Part shown: positions 48,689 to 58,886 of the stretch, one piece after another
Layout: each line of letters opens with the position of its first letter
Numbering within the stretch: position 1 is the stretch's first letter
Origin: an uncultured Pseudomonadales bacterium
GTDB taxonomy: Bacteria > Patescibacteriota > Microgenomatia > UBA1400 > RBG-16-45-19
Direction: 5' to 3'
Assembly: GCA_964441155.1 (NCBI GenBank)
Contig: CAYYKL010000005.1
Location: 4,434 to 68,433 of the forward strand
DNA: 64,000 bases
Notes under the pieces: generated by a model
Seen by the model: the letters and a program-made list of their open reading frames with translations, nothing else
What the model was told of the DNA's origin: nothing
Database searches by the model: none
Position numbers and translations under genes: made by a program

Positions 48689-49297
48689 ATGGCTAAAAAC
48701 CAAGATATTCTTGATGAAGTTCAAGAAATTAAAGGTCCCGAAAATCATTACCTTATTAATGACCTCGACGTCAAAGATGCTCGCTGGTATGTCGTGCACA
48801 CTTATTCTGGTCACGAAAACCGTGTTGCTCTCCAGTTGATGGCTCGTGTAAAAACCATGAATTTGGACCATAAAATCTTGGAAATCCTCATTCCGACGCA
48901 AAACAAAATTCAAATTAAACGCGGCAAAAAACAAGCCATTAAAGAGAAAATTTTCCCTGGATACATGCTCGTTAAGATGGTTATGGCCGACGATGCATGG
49001 CTGGCTGTTCGCACCACCCAAGGCGTAACCGGATTTGTGGGTGTCGGCACCAAACCGACGGCCCTGCCTAACCAAGAAGTTGACTCCATACAAAAATACA
49101 TGAATCAAGGTGCGCCAAAATACAAAGCCAATTTCTCAATTGGTGAGGCAGTCAAGATCATCGAAGGACCGTTTGCTGACTTTTTGGGAACCGTTGATTC
49201 GATCGATGATGCCAAGGGCAAGGTTAATGTGCTAGTGTCAATCTTTGGCCGTGAAACCCCAGTTGAGCTTGATTTCTTGCAAATCGCCAAAGTGTAA
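48689..49297 (+). CDS. nusG: Transcription termination/antitermination factor NusG
   Basis: WYVVHTYSGHE, FPGY, GPFADF, IFGRETPVEL. Confidence 0.98.
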   Translation: MAKNQDILDEVQEIKGPENHYLINDLDVKDARWYVVHTYSGHENRVALQLMARVKTMNLDHKILEILIPTQNKIQIKRGKKQAIKEKIFPGYMLVKMVMADDAWLAVRTTQGVTGFVGVGTKPTALPNQEVDSIQKYMNQGAPKYKANFSIGEAVKIIEGPFADFLGTVDSIDDAKGKVNVLVSIFGRETPVELDFLQIAKV

Positions 49298-49303
49298 CTA
49301 GCA

Positions 49304-50614
49304 TCACCTGACTAATGCTGAAACAAGTGCATTGAATAGTTGAATTGAATAGTTGGCAAATTCACTGACAAGTTTCTGATAGTCTTGCATATTCACCAAA
49401 CCATCGTTATTGACATCAATTTCCAATGTGCAGCCAGCAAGCGCATGGTCTGATCCGCAAGCACCAGGACCGCCATACATTCCCATATCTGATCGCGATC
49501 CGTCAGGATCATGCAGTGCTGGGTCACCAGCATCTTTGGCATTTGAAGTAGGCATAAGATGAAAATCATTTGCACTCACAAATTGCGGGTCAATTGACAC
49601 ATTGTGAGCGTCTTGCAGTTCCTCAGGTGAATAAAAATGGTTAAAATTCCCTTCTCCACTTCCCCAAGATATGTTGTAGTTGAACGTCTCAAAATTAGTT
49701 TTTTGGTTAGCGATAATCCCGATTATTTGGTTATTAATGGAGATATTATTGAATACATGGCACTTGGTTAAGTCTGAACAATTTATGCCATCCCAACCAT
49801 TGGCTACGACCGTGTTATTTGAAATGGTTGCCTTCGCAGATTCATAGCCAGATATTCCTTCATGTTCATTCTGACTAATCAAATTGTTGGTTATGATTGC
49901 TTGAGAATTACCCCACAACCCAATTCCTTCTGCCGAGTCTGCCATAATTTCGTTGCTTGTAATGGTTGCCTGAGAATTCCCATACAGCGATATTCCGCCA
50001 AAGTTGCCAGAAAATTGACTATTCGAAATGGTAGCGTTGGCATTTCCATCGATGAAAATGCCTTCGTAATAGTTGAAGGCGAAAATACTTTGCGTTATTG
50101 TGGCTCGAGAATTAGATGAAATTTCTAGACCCGAACCTCCATTATTGAGTATAACCACTTGAGAAAGTTGTGCTTTGGAAGATCCGTCTATCATAATCCC
50201 CGATCGAGCAGCTTCAGTAATGCTGATATGTTCTAGCGAGATAATCGAGTCAACTACAGTAAGCGCGTCAGCATCTTTGCCCTTGAGGATAGTGTTTTGA
50301 GCTGCATCACCTCGTATTTCAATGTGCTGTTTGATAGGATGGCCATCAGTGCCAATTTTTAACTCCAGGCCTAGATAGGTGCCTGGCCGTATCTCAATCG
50401 TATTGGGCATTGATTCGCTACCGTTGGGTATGACATCAATCGCCTGCTGAATTCCATCTCTGCCTATATAGTTGCATCCATTTGTGCCCGCAATCCCTGA
50501 AGGACACACTGTGAGGTTGGTTGATTGCGCCACCACTTGGGTTGTTCCACCACCTGAAACCAAAAAAAACATTCCCAAAAAGAGTGTCCAGATCAAACAT
50601 CTTTTATGCATCAT
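49304..50614 (-). CDS. Secreted right-handed beta-helix protein with C-terminal dockerin-like motif
   Basis: Signal peptide; ~22-aa GI..GNS.ATI repeats; DPDGSRSDMGMYGG; DVNNDGLVNMQDY. Confidence 0.82.
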   Translation of the reverse strand: MMHKRCLIWTLFLGMFFLVSGGGTTQVVAQSTNLTVCPSGIAGTNGCNYIGRDGIQQAIDVIPNGSESMPNTIEIRPGTYLGLELKIGTDGHPIKQHIEIRGDAAQNTILKGKDADALTVVDSIISLEHISITEAARSGIMIDGSSKAQLSQVVILNNGGSGLEISSNSRATITQSIFAFNYYEGIFIDGNANATISNSQFSGNFGGISLYGNSQATITSNEIMADSAEGIGLWGNSQAIITNNLISQNEHEGISGYESAKATISNNTVVANGWDGINCSDLTKCHVFNNISINNQIIGIIANQKTNFETFNYNISWGSGEGNFNHFYSPEELQDAHNVSIDPQFVSANDFHLMPTSNAKDAGDPALHDPDGSRSDMGMYGGPGACGSDHALAGCTLEIDVNNDGLVNMQDYQKLVSEFANYSIQLFNALVSALVR

Positions 50615-50778
50615 GACTCATGCTCTCAAAAATCGTTAAGGTTGTAAACGAATTAAGTGAACTGCTTGGCTTCAGTCTTATGTGACTTGAAAAATACATG
50701 AAAAAACGCAATTGAATTCCGTGTCGTCGACATCGTGCTATCCGTGTATAGTGAATATATTGGAAGTAAAATTCCAAT

Positions 50779-51829
50779 AATGATCAAAGTAATTATGAAA
50801 ATCATTCAGACATTTCGCCGATTGCACTTCTTTCAAAAAATATCCCTTCTGGGTTTAGTAATCATGGGCATGAGCCTGCCCGCCTCAATTATTCTAAGTG
50901 CCTACGAAACACACTTTAATTCTAAAGCTGCTCAAGAAATTAGCAGAATCCAGGTTATGCCTCGGGATCGAGCCAATGACCCCCGACTGAGCATAACTTC
51001 TACGCCCAATCGATTTATCCGCTACCCCATCGAAGCCAGTATTTCAGGAGTCATCAAACCACCCATGCTGCCACCTCAAACTGGGTGCATTACTGGCGGT
51101 TGCTCGGGAGAATTGTGTCTGTCCGCAACTGAAGGTTATGATCGCTTTTCAACCTGCGAATGGAAAGAATCGTATGCATGTCTGAAAAGTTCTGCCATAT
51201 GCGAACAACAGGCAAGCGGTCAATGCGGCTGGACCTTTACACCAGAATATTACGCCTGTTTGAAATTTGGTTACAAAGATAGTGACGAAACTAGACCCAA
51301 AGCTTTGTGCGGAAACGGCCAGTGCGAACCACTTGAAGCCGACCAAGAGATATGCACGCGCTCCCTCCCTCCTCAATGCCATACCATAAAGGGAGCGTGT
51401 AATGAGGATTGCACTAATCCCACCCCACCCGCAAAACCGACTGGCGGTGAGCTAATGTGCGCCAAGGAATGTGCACTTGGTTACTACTTGAATTCCGAAT
51501 GTAATTGCGTGAGAGAGCGTTACCAAATGGATACCGGCTCGCTTGAACAAACGCGCGAAACTCGACAGGCTAGCGTTTGTGAAAAATCGGGAGGCGAATA
51601 TAAAACCCTTAGTGGTTGCGCCGATAGTTGTGATGTTCTCACCGATCCTTTAATTGCCTGCCCTGCTGATAGTCAGCAAGTCGCATGTGATTGTGGTCCT
51701 GCTCATTGCTGGAATGGAGCGCGCTGCATCAATAATCCTGCAACCAAAGCAAATGATTCGCTGGCAAAATTTGGATTCACGAATTGGGTCTCAAGTTTTA
51801 GAAGCTTCTTCGATGCCTATTTTAAATAG
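50779..51829 (+). CDS. Membrane-anchored cysteine-rich protein (eight-cysteine-cluster-like domain)
   Basis: TM then CITGGCSGELC..STCEW..YAC..C..CGW and further Cys modules; start uncertain. Confidence 0.75.
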
Positions 51830-51845
51830 AATATAAATTCCTTAA

Positions 51846-52508
51846 GTGCAAACAAAAGGAGTAAACTATTCCATAGATAGTTACTTCAAACCGAGACAAA
51901 AGCTTGCTATGGAAAAAATAGTTGCCGCAATACTTCTTTCTCTGCTTATTGTTTCAGGAATTGTCTTGGCAGCACAAGTCCAGGGTTCTCTAGATAGCTT
52001 GCCATCGTTTAGTCAATTTGTTCCTAAATTAACCCGGCTCCCCCTAGATTTGTTCCCACAAGAAATAATCGTCTCCCCGAGCCCGGAACCATTGCTAGAT
52101 TCTATGCAAACGACACCAAACAAGCCTTCAGCGACAACTAAACCTTTGCGCGCATCACCCTCAATTGCCAAAAGAGTATTCCCAACAACGAGACCCTTCC
52201 CCACTTCACCTCCTATTGCTTGCGCTCGCTTCACGGTCACCCACCTTGACGGCAGCACCTCAAGACTTTGCTATTCCAGAGAAAATACCAATAGATTGCA
52301 ACAATTGGAATACGAGCGCTCCAGTGCTCAAGCGTTTTATGAATTCGATATGAGGTCAGCAACACGCTATCAAGAAGAATATGATCGATCGGGATCTTCG
52401 ATCTACCTCGATGCGAAGGCGCGTAGCGAGCAAAGTGCAAAAGAGAATCTCATCAAACGAGATGCAGCCGTTGCCGCGATGCAAGAAATTGAAAAGCTTG
52501 GGTGGTAA
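51846..52508 (+). CDS. Membrane-anchored Pro/Thr-rich hypothetical protein
   Basis: TM, PT-rich linker, helical C-terminus; start uncertain. Confidence 0.65.
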   Translation: MQTKGVNYSIDSYFKPRQKLAMEKIVAAILLSLLIVSGIVLAAQVQGSLDSLPSFSQFVPKLTRLPLDLFPQEIIVSPSPEPLLDSMQTTPNKPSATTKPLRASPSIAKRVFPTTRPFPTSPPIACARFTVTHLDGSTSRLCYSRENTNRLQQLEYERSSAQAFYEFDMRSATRYQEEYDRSGSSIYLDAKARSEQSAKENLIKRDAAVAAMQEIEKLGW

Positions 52509-52554
52509 CCTCAAGCTTTTGACGCAAGTTATAAGGAGTATAATTATTGTATCG

Positions 52555-53001
52555 ATGGAACTTTTAATTAGTCTACCTCAGCTTTTTATCATCGTTGGTC
52601 TCTTGTTGATTCTGGCCGAACTATTTATCGGCATTCAAACGGGTTTTGATTTGGTGCTCATTGGATCGATTGTGATTATTTCTGGTTTTGCAGGCATCGC
52701 CACGGAATCAATCCCCTTGATGCTGACACTCGCGAGTGGCTTGAGCATTGCCTATATTTTCGTTGGCCGGAACAAAATCAGGCAAAAAATTACCGTCATC
52801 ACCAAAAAGACCAATATCGACAAACTTATTGGTATGCAAGGCTTGGTGGTTCGCTCAATCACGCCAGACACTCCGGGCTTGGTTCGCTTGAATGACGAAG
52901 ATTGGCGCGCTGTTAGCCACGAAGTAATTTTTGAAAAAGAGTCATTCGAGGTGGTCGCTATCGAGGGCGTCAGTTTGGTAGTTAAGAAAGTTAAAAAATA
53001 A
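52555..53001 (+). CDS. NfeD family protein
   Basis: LILAEL TMs plus OB-fold LIG..GLV..GLVRLNDEDWRA; next to an SPFH gene. Confidence 0.88.
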   Translation: MELLISLPQLFIIVGLLLILAELFIGIQTGFDLVLIGSIVIISGFAGIATESIPLMLTLASGLSIAYIFVGRNKIRQKITVITKKTNIDKLIGMQGLVVRSITPDTPGLVRLNDEDWRAVSHEVIFEKESFEVVAIEGVSLVVKKVKK

Positions 53002-53020
53002 TTTAAGGAGCAATTCGCCT

Positions 53021-53866
53021 ATGGAACCGTTTTCACTGGTCGTTTTTAGTTTGATTTTTATTATTTCTTTATTTGCTTTGGCTTCATCAATTCGCATTAT
53101 CAAACAATACGAAAAAGGCTTGGTGATTCGCTTGGGAAAATATCACGCCACAGCTGATGCGGGGGTTGCTTTTCTATTACCGTTTTTGGATTCATTGATT
53201 CGTGTTGATATGCGCGAGCAAGTCATCAATGTCATGCCTCAACAAGTAATCACTAAGGACAACGTTGGCGTGACCGTTGATGCGGTGATTTATTACAAAG
53301 TGGTTGACCCCGTCAAAGCTGAATTCGAAATTCAAAACTTCAATTTTGCTGCAACGACCTTAGCGCAGACTAATTTGCGCAATTTGATTGGCGATAAGCA
53401 ACTAGATGAAACACTCACTGCCCGCGATAGTATCAACGCTTCTTTGCGCGAAGTCTTGGACGAAGCCACTAATGCTTGGGGTGTCAAAGTGATGAAAGTT
53501 GAACTCCAAAAGATTGATCCCCCAGCCGATATCACCGATGCCATGAGCAAACAAATGAAGGCTGAGCGCGAAAAGCGGGCGATTATTTTGGAAGCTCAGG
53601 GTGTGCGTGAAGCGGGAATTTTGCGAGCCCAAGGTGATGCGCAGGCAACTCTCCTTCGAGCTGAAGCATTGGCTAAATCAACGGAAATGACGTCACTAGC
53701 TGCCCAAAAATTCTTCACCGATCGCGCCGAAGCGCTGAAGAAGTTGGAGGTCTCCGAAAAAGTCTTGGGTGATGGCGCAACTAAGTTTGTCATTCCCACA
53801 TCTTCAGACTTGGTTAATGTCTTAAATCTTGAAGGCTCGAGCTCGGTAATTCCACTTAAAAGGTAA
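53021..53866 (+). CDS. SPFH/band-7 (stomatin-like) protein
   Basis: RLGKY, VDMRE, QQVITKDNV, WGVKV, QMKAER. Confidence 0.93.
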   Translation: MEPFSLVVFSLIFIISLFALASSIRIIKQYEKGLVIRLGKYHATADAGVAFLLPFLDSLIRVDMREQVINVMPQQVITKDNVGVTVDAVIYYKVVDPVKAEFEIQNFNFAATTLAQTNLRNLIGDKQLDETLTARDSINASLREVLDEATNAWGVKVMKVELQKIDPPADITDAMSKQMKAEREKRAIILEAQGVREAGILRAQGDAQATLLRAEALAKSTEMTSLAAQKFFTDRAEALKKLEVSEKVLGDGATKFVIPTSSDLVNVLNLEGSSSVIPLKR

Positions 53867-53926
53867 GCTGGATGCAGGACCAAACCTCACGTTGAATACC
53901 ACTCAAGTTTGTGAAACTATAAATGC

Positions 53927-55231
53927 ATGAGGTTATCAACTCCAAAGAAGCTGAGTTTGTTGATTGCGATTCTTTTGATTGTTGTTGTGTCGCTAAAACT
54001 CATGCCTATTGCTTCAGCCCAGTTCTACATTGAAACACGAGCTGACATCAATCAAGATGGACAAGTCAATATTTTTGACTTCAATGAATTCGTCACAGAT
54101 TTTGGCAAAGGGTCTGGAATTCCCACAACCGATCCGACTCAAAACCAATATCACCTCGTTTCTCATGAAGACCATATTGTCATGAGATTTGAAGAAGGAT
54201 ATGGTTCGCGCTCGGGCATCTGGCTTGATTTGTTTCAAAATGGTACCGAGCTAGACCTTAATAGCCAAAATTTTATGGTTACTCACGCACCAGAAGATTC
54301 TGCACTACTCACGGTTGTATCAGATCAAAATACCCCCAATTCAGGCTATTCTATCGATGCTAAATCACCGGGCTCAACTTCGGTGATTACCATGGTAAAA
54401 AGCGCTCAAAACTTAAATTTGTTAGCTATTAAGCGATTGCCTGTAACCATCTACGACTCTTCGAAATTCTCCTGCGCGGATGATGGACCGATTAACGTCA
54501 ATTTTGTTACCGGTGAAGACGCTCAAATTCCAATTGGTCAAATTGGCATCAATGTAAACACCGTGAATAATAAATTTGTTGGCTATCAATATGATTTTGA
54601 TGGTGATGGATTTTATGACACACACATCACCGAAAACAATATTATGCCATTTAAGTTTTTATCTCCTGGTAGCTACCTTCCCCGATACCGAATTGTGGGC
54701 TCAAATAATCTCTTTCAAGATTGCGAATATCCCACTCGATTAACCGTCACCGGAGAAGTAATTGAACCTGACGATTTAACGAGTGAAATGTACCCTGTTG
54801 ATTGGAGTGTTGATAACATTCATTTTACAGCCCAATCATTTATTATTACCGCCAATGGAAGAGTTTATAAACCTCCTCAGGACACACAACTCATACAATA
54901 CACAGACACTTCCAATGGAATCCCTTCAGGCTTGGTATTAGCCCTTAGATGGAATGATAACGATGAAGAAATTCGATTAAATATTATATTCAAGATCGAT
55001 CAAGATTCTTGGGAATACGATTCAATGCAATTTGAAGATGCTCGTTATTTTAGCTGGATTGAATTTCAAATGCCAAGCACCGTTCCTCGCCTGACCAGTG
55101 ATTTTCAATCAAATCATTTATTTCCAAATTCAATTTCCATGCATTCTGATCCAGAAGTGTGGAAAATGAAAAAAGGGCACATTGCGATCAAACAGGCCCG
55201 AGTTTCAATCACCAAACCAGATGGTTTGTAA
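53927..55231 (+). CDS. Secreted protein with dockerin-like and PKD-like motifs
   Basis: ADINQDGQVNIFDF; YDFDGDG..PGSY. Confidence 0.72.
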   Translation: MRLSTPKKLSLLIAILLIVVVSLKLMPIASAQFYIETRADINQDGQVNIFDFNEFVTDFGKGSGIPTTDPTQNQYHLVSHEDHIVMRFEEGYGSRSGIWLDLFQNGTELDLNSQNFMVTHAPEDSALLTVVSDQNTPNSGYSIDAKSPGSTSVITMVKSAQNLNLLAIKRLPVTIYDSSKFSCADDGPINVNFVTGEDAQIPIGQIGINVNTVNNKFVGYQYDFDGDGFYDTHITENNIMPFKFLSPGSYLPRYRIVGSNNLFQDCEYPTRLTVTGEVIEPDDLTSEMYPVDWSVDNIHFTAQSFIITANGRVYKPPQDTQLIQYTDTSNGIPSGLVLALRWNDNDEEIRLNIIFKIDQDSWEYDSMQFEDARYFSWIEFQMPSTVPRLTSDFQSNHLFPNSISMHSDPEVWKMKKGHIAIKQARVSITKPDGL

Positions 55232-55343
55232 TTATCTCCAACGTCGTATTTTTTCAATAAAGCCTCTCCTTGACGTGCCCCTTATTTCTTGAGTAAAGTA
55301 AAACTAAAGTCTCGATTAACGTATTGAATGAAAGTAATTGAAA

Positions 55344-57098
55344 ATGTCAAAGGCACTTGTTCGTTTAATAGTTTTGTCTTCTGTCCTGGTTTTGATTGTA
55401 GGATTGGCTTCGAAAATAATAATAAAAGATCAAGTGATAGCGCTATCCCCTCCTGAACTTATTCCTACACCAACACCCATTCCTACTCCATATTCAGACC
55501 CAGGGCCATGTTTTGAAAGCCAAGAAGTGCTTCATGTGTATCCCCCAACCAATGCTTCAGGCTGCACGAGCTTGGGAGTTGCGCTACTACGAGCGGCAAT
55601 TTCACTAGACGGACCTAAGGAAGTATATGTGCACGCGGGAGCGTATGATCTTAATACGCAAGATTTTGCCCACACAAGATCACCGTCTTTCGCCCTAGAC
55701 CTCCAAAACGTTGATGATCTCACACTCAAAGGCGAGACAGGATCAAATGGCGAAAACTTAGTCACCATCAATGTCAGCGGAAACAGAGGATTATTTTTAC
55801 TGGAAAACAGCTCGTTAACACTTGAGTCGCTTAATTTCTCTGGCAGCACTATAAACGGACTTTTGCATGCAGAGTCAGGGTCTAACCTTGCTGTGACTAA
55901 TGTTCACAGCACCTATACAGGTTCGAATGTATTTGAAGCACATGGTGCAAATTCCGTCACAATCTACAAAAGTGTTATTTCTGGAGGTGTAGGAGCTCTT
56001 CAATTCCAGGATGTTGGCAATACGAGCATTATTTACAACACAATAATAAACAACTCTCGAGGAATCATCATTTCCAATGGTCCAGCTCAAATCAAATATA
56101 ATTTGCTTGTAAACAATTCGGATGGGGAATCAATTCACCTTACTAACTCAAGATCAAGCTTTATAAGCAACAACACAATTGTGCAAAGTCGAAACTTTCA
56201 CAACGAATACCCCTTGAAAATATCACAACCGTTTCTCGATGAACCGACGACCGTCCAATACAATATTCTCTCTAGTGTTGATGGTGGATTAGAAGTCGAA
56301 TCTGCTTATGAAAGTGCGGTGAATATTCAAAGGAATAATATTTACACAAGCGAATCTGCTTATAAAGGAATTTCCAATCGGACGGGCATGCTTGGTAATA
56401 TATCAAGCGATCCATTTTTAAGCCCAGAATATTGCCTACTTCCTAACTCCCCTTCGTTGTTGCCAGATGGGCTATTCATGGGTCACACAGGTCTTTGTGA
56501 ATCACTTGAGCCAACTCATGACCCAAATGATTTATTCTACAGAATTGATATTAACCCTGGACAATTGACCACTTCTATAGGCACAGAGCGAATTCTATTT
56601 TCAGCGCAGGCTGTACCTTTTAATCACGTCGACGAATCAATTGCCACGTATGAATGGGGCATGAGCTCTGACAATTCAATTGGAACCTTGTTTAGTGATC
56701 CATCAAACCAGAAACAGGCGTGGTTCACGCCGGTTCGAGCCGGCAGAGGCGATATCTGGGTGACCGTGCGCATTGGCGACTATCACAAAACTGCCTCAGT
56801 GCCGGTTGTGGTCAATAAATTGTGTCAAGAAAAAGATAGTTGCACCACCGACGCCTGTATTGCTATCGTTCCTCCTGGAGGCTGGTGTGCCTCAGAGGAT
56901 TTGCCGGGAGATGTCGATTTTAATAATACTGTAGATTATCAAGACATCGTCCAGTTCAAGCGTTATTTTGACCAGAAATTCTATCCGGCTGATTTTAATT
57001 TCGATGGTAAAGTGAATATCTACGATTTTCTGTATATCATCAAGAATTTCGGATTGAGCATGGAAGTGTTGGACGAACCGTTGCCTGATACACCATAA
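55344..57098 (+). CDS. Surface protein: beta-helix, Ig-like and dockerin-like domains
   Basis: N-terminal TM, PTPTP linker, beta-helix repeats, GNISSDP, paired GDVDFNNTVD/ADFNFDGKVNIYD. Confidence 0.78.
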   Translation: MSKALVRLIVLSSVLVLIVGLASKIIIKDQVIALSPPELIPTPTPIPTPYSDPGPCFESQEVLHVYPPTNASGCTSLGVALLRAAISLDGPKEVYVHAGAYDLNTQDFAHTRSPSFALDLQNVDDLTLKGETGSNGENLVTINVSGNRGLFLLENSSLTLESLNFSGSTINGLLHAESGSNLAVTNVHSTYTGSNVFEAHGANSVTIYKSVISGGVGALQFQDVGNTSIIYNTIINNSRGIIISNGPAQIKYNLLVNNSDGESIHLTNSRSSFISNNTIVQSRNFHNEYPLKISQPFLDEPTTVQYNILSSVDGGLEVESAYESAVNIQRNNIYTSESAYKGISNRTGMLGNISSDPFLSPEYCLLPNSPSLLPDGLFMGHTGLCESLEPTHDPNDLFYRIDINPGQLTTSIGTERILFSAQAVPFNHVDESIATYEWGMSSDNSIGTLFSDPSNQKQAWFTPVRAGRGDIWVTVRIGDYHKTASVPVVVNKLCQEKDSCTTDACIAIVPPGGWCASEDLPGDVDFNNTVDYQDIVQFKRYFDQKFYPADFNFDGKVNIYDFLYIIKNFGLSMEVLDEPLPDTP

Positions 57099-57168
57099 AT
57101 TCAAGCGTGCGAAATGGTTACTTCTCTTCTTGACAGTCAACTAGGTCACATACTACGCTAAGGACACT

Positions 57169-57510
57169 ATGCAAAACGATTCACATCCCGTTTCAATTTC
57201 CAAAGAATTCCAAAAGTTTTGGGCACGGCTCGACAACTTTCAGCAGCTTAATATTCTTTCGCTCTCTTTGATTCTTTTGGCAACCATTCTCGGTGTTTCA
57301 GTCATGACTCAGCGCCAAATTGAAGTGCTTTATGTAAAAGCAAGTCAAGCTACTCCCGTATTGGGTATTAGCGATGAGATGCAAGACTTGCCTGTTGAGA
57401 GTCTTGCCTGCAATCTCAATTGTCCCGCACCATCAAAACTTGACGAACAAAATTGCAGCTGCACCTTTCCCCGCATCCCACGCAATCCCTTGATCAACAT
57501 CACCGAATAA
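57169..57510 (+). CDS. Small membrane-anchored Cys-containing protein
   Basis: One TM; C..C..LD...CSC motif. Confidence 0.6.
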   Translation: MQNDSHPVSISKEFQKFWARLDNFQQLNILSLSLILLATILGVSVMTQRQIEVLYVKASQATPVLGISDEMQDLPVESLACNLNCPAPSKLDEQNCSCTFPRIPRNPLINITE

Positions 57511-57610
57511 ACTTTTAGTTACACATCTTCCACCACACAAAAAAGTGTGCTATAACAATCTCTAATCGTGCTGCCCGCAATTACGTTTAGTTTATGTTGC
57601 AAGGAGCACA

Positions 57611-58105
57611 ATGAAAAAAATTTCCCCTCTAGTTATTACGCTCGCCTTAACAGGAGTTCTCTCTACTCGCGCTCAAGCGCTTAATCTGGACGATTTCGAT
57701 AATTTTGATTGGCTCAAAGAAGATATCAAAGTCGAGTTGCCTTCGTCACTTCTTGAAGAAGGACAGCCATGTCTCACCAACTGCGCGCCCAAACCCACCA
57801 AAATCCCTACTCAAGTCGCAGATCCCGCACCAACGCCGACAGCAAAACCCACACCCACTCCAACACCCGTGAAGCTTGATGTAAGAACTAGAGAGCGCCA
57901 CTCCACTCGCGAATGGTTTAACCGAGAAACCTCCTACGAGTACAACGAAGATGTTGAGGGCGAGGGCGAAAACGGAACCACGTTGCCCGTTCCTACTCCA
58001 ACCCAGAATCAAGACAGTCACGCCAACACATCATCGGACTCACTCTTCGATTCACTGCTCGAAAAAATTGGCGGTATAGGCTCGCTCCTATCTAGCTGGC
58101 TCTAA
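57611..58105 (+). CDS. Secreted Pro/Thr-rich hypothetical protein
   Basis: AAGGAG SD, signal peptide ending AQA, PTPTP repeats. Confidence 0.7.
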   Translation: MKKISPLVITLALTGVLSTRAQALNLDDFDNFDWLKEDIKVELPSSLLEEGQPCLTNCAPKPTKIPTQVADPAPTPTAKPTPTPTPVKLDVRTRERHSTREWFNRETSYEYNEDVEGEGENGTTLPVPTPTQNQDSHANTSSDSLFDSLLEKIGGIGSLLSSWL

Positions 58106-58219
58106 CCAAACAGCAAGAAGTCACCAAGCGAAAATCATCCACATCTTGGGTAGTTCACACTTGGGCTTTCCTCTGCTACAATAGCCTCTTGTTATCGGCA
58201 ACCTCTTTAAGAAAGAAAT

Positions 58220-58648
58220 ATGGCTAAAGTTAAAAAAATCAAAACCATTCTAAAACTCAATTTATCCGCTGGAGCGGCTAATCCCGCACCTCCGGTAGGT
58301 ACCGCTCTCGGTCCCCATGGTGTTAACATCATGGAATTTTGCAATGCGTACAACGAAAAAACCAAAGACAAGCGCGGCCAAATTTTGCCAGCCGAGGTCA
58401 CTATTTATGAAGACCGAACCTTTACGTTCGTCGTCAAATTACCCCCTGTCTCAGAACTTATTAAAATTGCGCTCAAGATTAAAAAGGGTGGCGCTACCCC
58501 TGGAAAAGCCGAAGCAGCCACTATGACTAAAGCGCAACTCGAAGCTGTGGCCACCGAAAAAATGCCCGATCTTAATACCACCAATCTCGAAGCGGCTATG
58601 CGCTCTGTCGAGGGCACTGCCAAAAGCATGGGCATCAAGATCGTTTAA
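58220..58648 (+). CDS. rplK: 50S ribosomal protein L11
   Basis: ANPAPPVGTALG, FCNAYN, KMPDLN, GTAKSMG. Confidence 0.98.
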   Translation: MAKVKKIKTILKLNLSAGAANPAPPVGTALGPHGVNIMEFCNAYNEKTKDKRGQILPAEVTIYEDRTFTFVVKLPPVSELIKIALKIKKGGATPGKAEAATMTKAQLEAVATEKMPDLNTTNLEAAMRSVEGTAKSMGIKIV

Positions 58649-58706
58649 CATCATTGAAAAGAATTCGTTTGTACCGGAGCTTAGTTACTTTAAAAACTAT
58701 TCATTC

Positions 58707-58778
58707 GGGAGAGTTAACAATCTTCTTATCAATTACTCGGCAGTAAGTAGTTGGTTTTGAATATATACTCTCCCACCA
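58707..58778 (+). promoter_or_regulatory. Stem-loop upstream of rplA, possible L1-binding site
   Basis: GGGAGAGT..ACTCTCCC-ACCA between rplK and rplA. Confidence 0.4.
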
Positions 58779-58791
58779 TCAAAAAAATCGC

Positions 58792-58867
58792 AAATTGCTC
58801 TAATAGCACTAATGACTAATTTACCTAAATAATTTAGACATTAGACCAATTAGGATAATTACAAATT
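58792..58867 (+). repeat. ORF-less CTAAT/ATTAG inverted array related to the four-helix-bundle flanks
   Basis: Shares AATTGCTCTAA, TTAGACATTAGA and AATTACAAAT with the 7408-7874 locus. Confidence 0.7.
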
Positions 58868-58886
58868 TCTCCTGAAAGGAGACCGT

